Source: Catajapyx aquilonaris
Lineage: Eukaryota
Assembly (NCBI GenBank): GCA_000934665.2
Contig: KZ539125.1
Coordinates: 1 to 32,712, forward strand
Direction of reading: 5' to 3'
Length of the DNA: 32,712 nt
Shown: positions 29,772-32,712 of the stretch, one piece after another
Layout of the letters: the number at the start of each line of letters is the position of its first letter
Position numbering within the stretch: the first letter of the stretch is position 1
The notes under the pieces: generated by a model
Database searches by the model: none
Seen by the model: the letters and a program-made list of their open reading frames with translations, nothing else
Told to the model about the DNA's origin: nothing
Program-made: the position numbers and the translations under genes

Positions 29772-32712
29772 GTGGGTTTGTAAAGCCATTTTTGAGGCAA
29801 CTGGACTTCACTAAAGTATTTCAAGCATTTTATTAGCCATGTGTGAAATACTAGCGAATGAAGTACCCTCTGAGAGACCAGAAAGTATTCTGAAAATTGC
29901 ACTTGTGTGTGGGATTTTCCCCTCATTCCTTTTGTATTTGCCAAATATTTTAGCACTGGATTGCTGATGATGGGACTCTAAAGAACTTTGACAAAGTAAT
30001 ATCCTAATTTCATATCCGAAAAGTTCGGTTGGCATTGCTGCAAAGGTGGAGTCAGCAGGGAATTCTAGTAAAGTGTAGCTCTACTTGTTCGTTGGTAATT
30101 CATATAATTTTTAGAGCATATATTTTTATTTCTCTCTTACCAAAGCCTACATAATGCAGGCAGCCCTACTTAACATAAGTGGATCATTATGAAACCTTAT
30201 ATGCAAGTCAAAGTCAAAGTAACACAAAACAGTTTTTTTTAAAATCATACGGTATAACTTGTCCATCAATACTGGAGTCACTGGTGTATTCAATTGAGGC
30301 CCTTGCAAGTGGGAAGGTATTCCTCACAAGGTCCAGAAGTGGGGTGCAAATGTCAGTGACATGTAAACAGTGAGGGAATGAGTCTCAGTGGCCAGGTTCG
30401 AGTTGTCTTGTGCCACAATTTCACTCTTTTTATTGCAACTGGTGGCATTTTATAAGTTGCCAGTTTATTTTGTCAATTCTGTAGATTTTTTGTCATGCTG
30501 TAAATTTTTTTACACAAGTCCAGATCTGCCATCCCATGAGTCAGGAGGGATTAGTGCAGGACATGCATGCGACTTTCACCCTTACTAGTTTTTGAGTTAC
30601 TGTGTTTCTCCACGGGACGGCAGAGATCTACACAAATAGAGACTGCCTAAGTCAGGGGTTGCCTGAATCAGCCTTTCAATTCAATGTTCCACCTCAAGTT
30701 CAAAGCAGTAGAGTTTGCGCACCAACCAGATGGTGGTGTTAATGAAGTGTGTGTCATAATTATGATGAAGAAAAATATCTGATATTACTGTATAGTCAAT
30801 GAGGATAGACTCGTGGAGTGAGTGGAGTCCAATACATCAATCTGGCTTTGTCCTTTCCTGTATGTTATGTTTGGTCCTTGGAGTAAGTTGTGTCCAGGTC
30901 TGATTCCCAAACCTATGCACAAGGCTATTGCAGAAGTTCCAAGGCCACCCATTGTGATGCCAGATCCTAAACCCTTTCTTCCTTAGTTTTCTCATACCTG
31001 TTGCATGTGCAGCTGCCCTCACAATATTGGCTGAGTGTCTGGGTGACTTTAAAACTCAAGAGGGTCAGGCAGTATGGTGGTTAGAATGGACTGTATTGTA
31101 GTGGTTTTTACATGATAGGGTGGAGAATGGGATACTCTGGCATTCCAGGTCTCAAACTGCAGAAATTGTTTTGAATACTAAAGATGTCTGCACAGTAAAA
31201 ATGCATGTGTTAGGGTGAAATAATAGCTGTTTGCCCACCATCTTCCAGAGGACTCTTTCAAGGTTGTAAAGTGTGCAAGGAGTTGGTGGGGAGGGGCTGT
31301 TGTCATTATGTCATTATATCCTCCTGAGACCTGAGAAGAATTTTTTAACGCAATGTCAGTTCCTATTGCATTTTCTGAACATGTTCCCAATAAGAAACGA
31401 GAAAAAAATTTTAGTTTTAAAATATCGACAAAAATGGCAACAAACAACCAATGAGAACATTAGGACCCAATTGGTGCTACAAAAGCAGAACGGATGAAAG
31501 CTGAAAATTGAAATACCACTTAATGGATCACTCACATAGTGCTCTATCCTCCAAACAATGTTTTTAAAATTTATTTGTGGTATTCGTGGTAGCAATTCCT
31601 CTCAGAAGACAATTAAAGATAAATGAAATTATTTTTTAACGCCACCACTCCAGGGATGGGGCTTGCTCCTTCCCTTCTTACCCGCTAGAGTGGTACCTTG
31701 CTATTCTAGATTTTAAAACTGAACTGCACAGTGAAAAGCGCATTCCTTATGGGTGTATAGGTACAGGCACGTAAAGAAAAGTCACACCCATTCAGCTAAA
31801 AATGCAATTTTTCGGATGTCCACTTAAATGGACATTTGGTCTCAGGAAGAAAAGAAAATGACCAGTTCTCTACAGCAACAAAAGATTGTCACAGAATCAT
31901 CTTTTCGTAGTTCCTAAGACACATTCCTTGCGAATCCCAGGACATTCACTGCATTGCAAAAATCGCATTCTAAATATGAGTAAAAAAATAAAACTGATCA
32001 GATGAGCGCCTAGCTTCAGCAGCGGAATCCGCCATTTTGTCCGCGATTTAATTTTCGTGGCCCAAGCCAGATATTCGACGCTAGGTGGCTACAGCTATTG
32101 AGGCCAGATTGGAACCATGGGATACCAGCATATTACAGTTCTGTTGGCATCACTGGTTGGCGCCAAAAAAATCTTTTGCTGATGTCGACATATGTCGACA
32201 CCAGGTCTCAGGAGGATATGATAGAACCAGTTATCTGTTTTTCAGAAAGTAACGATACTGAACTTTTGTCAGAAAGTAGCCTTACCATAATTATATGCCT
32301 ACAGTATCTGGTGTTCAAAATAAGCCTTGAGTGGTAGGGATGTAACATTGAACAGAATTCAATTACAGTATGTGGATGAAGAGGGCAACATAAATAGTTG
32401 CATTACTGACATGATTATCAGAAATATATGCTGTGGTGGGAAGTTGTTTGTTTCTTGACCTCCTTTTGAGTTTTTCCAACACACACACTCACACACCCAC
32501 ACAGGATAATGCATACCCAATTTGGGTGCACCACCGGACGGTGACAGGAAATGTTGTCCCCGACAAAATGTCCCCTTGCTAAATGTTTCTAAAATAGAGC
32601 ATAGTGAGACGTGATAATTAAGGTGGAAATGAAGCGACTTGCTAATCAAATGAGAGTCTAGAATTGGAATGTTAATAAGAAGGGCTAAAATCAGGGAAAC
32701 ATACGCGACCGA

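Noticed and set aside
30179..30373. Gpdh exon 7 candidate (SIEALASGK)
   Set aside because: No AG acceptor before SIE and no LNGQKLQG motif; exon 7 probably lies beyond the window.
31770..32712. Possible TE end or promoter-like CpG-rich region in Gpdh intron 6
   Set aside because: Only one candidate terminus and no coding signal; unresolved at the window edge.

Overview
Eukaryotic, arthropod-like genomic DNA with short GT-AG introns and many transposon relics. There are two + strand host genes. (1) A PHF14 (PHD finger protein 14) ortholog: 14 coding exons from 3425 to the stop at 13484 splice into one open frame of about 744 codons (PZP module, coiled coil, two more PHD fingers); the N-terminal exon(s) were not found in the window. 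(2) Cytosolic NAD-dependent glycerol-3-phosphate dehydrogenase (Gpdh/GPD1): exons 1-6 from ATG 26230 to 29771, with the 3' exons apparently beyond the window. The rest is a dense, partly nested set of TEs. The most notable is a Transib fossil (the family related to RAG1) at 14237-16138, with RSS-like TIRs, a CGTCG-type TSD and a decayed transposase whose catalytic-Glu segment is replaced by a perfect 39-bp palindrome. Others are a mariner element built from two 5' ends, Harbinger-, Sola2-, Tc1- and hAT-type MITEs, a Helentron/DINE-1-like element, and tRNA-derived SINEs (V-domain-like, plus a second family with a similar 3' tail). I found no evidence for an intact novel protein-coding system. 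All family assignments come from recalled motifs, not database searches.
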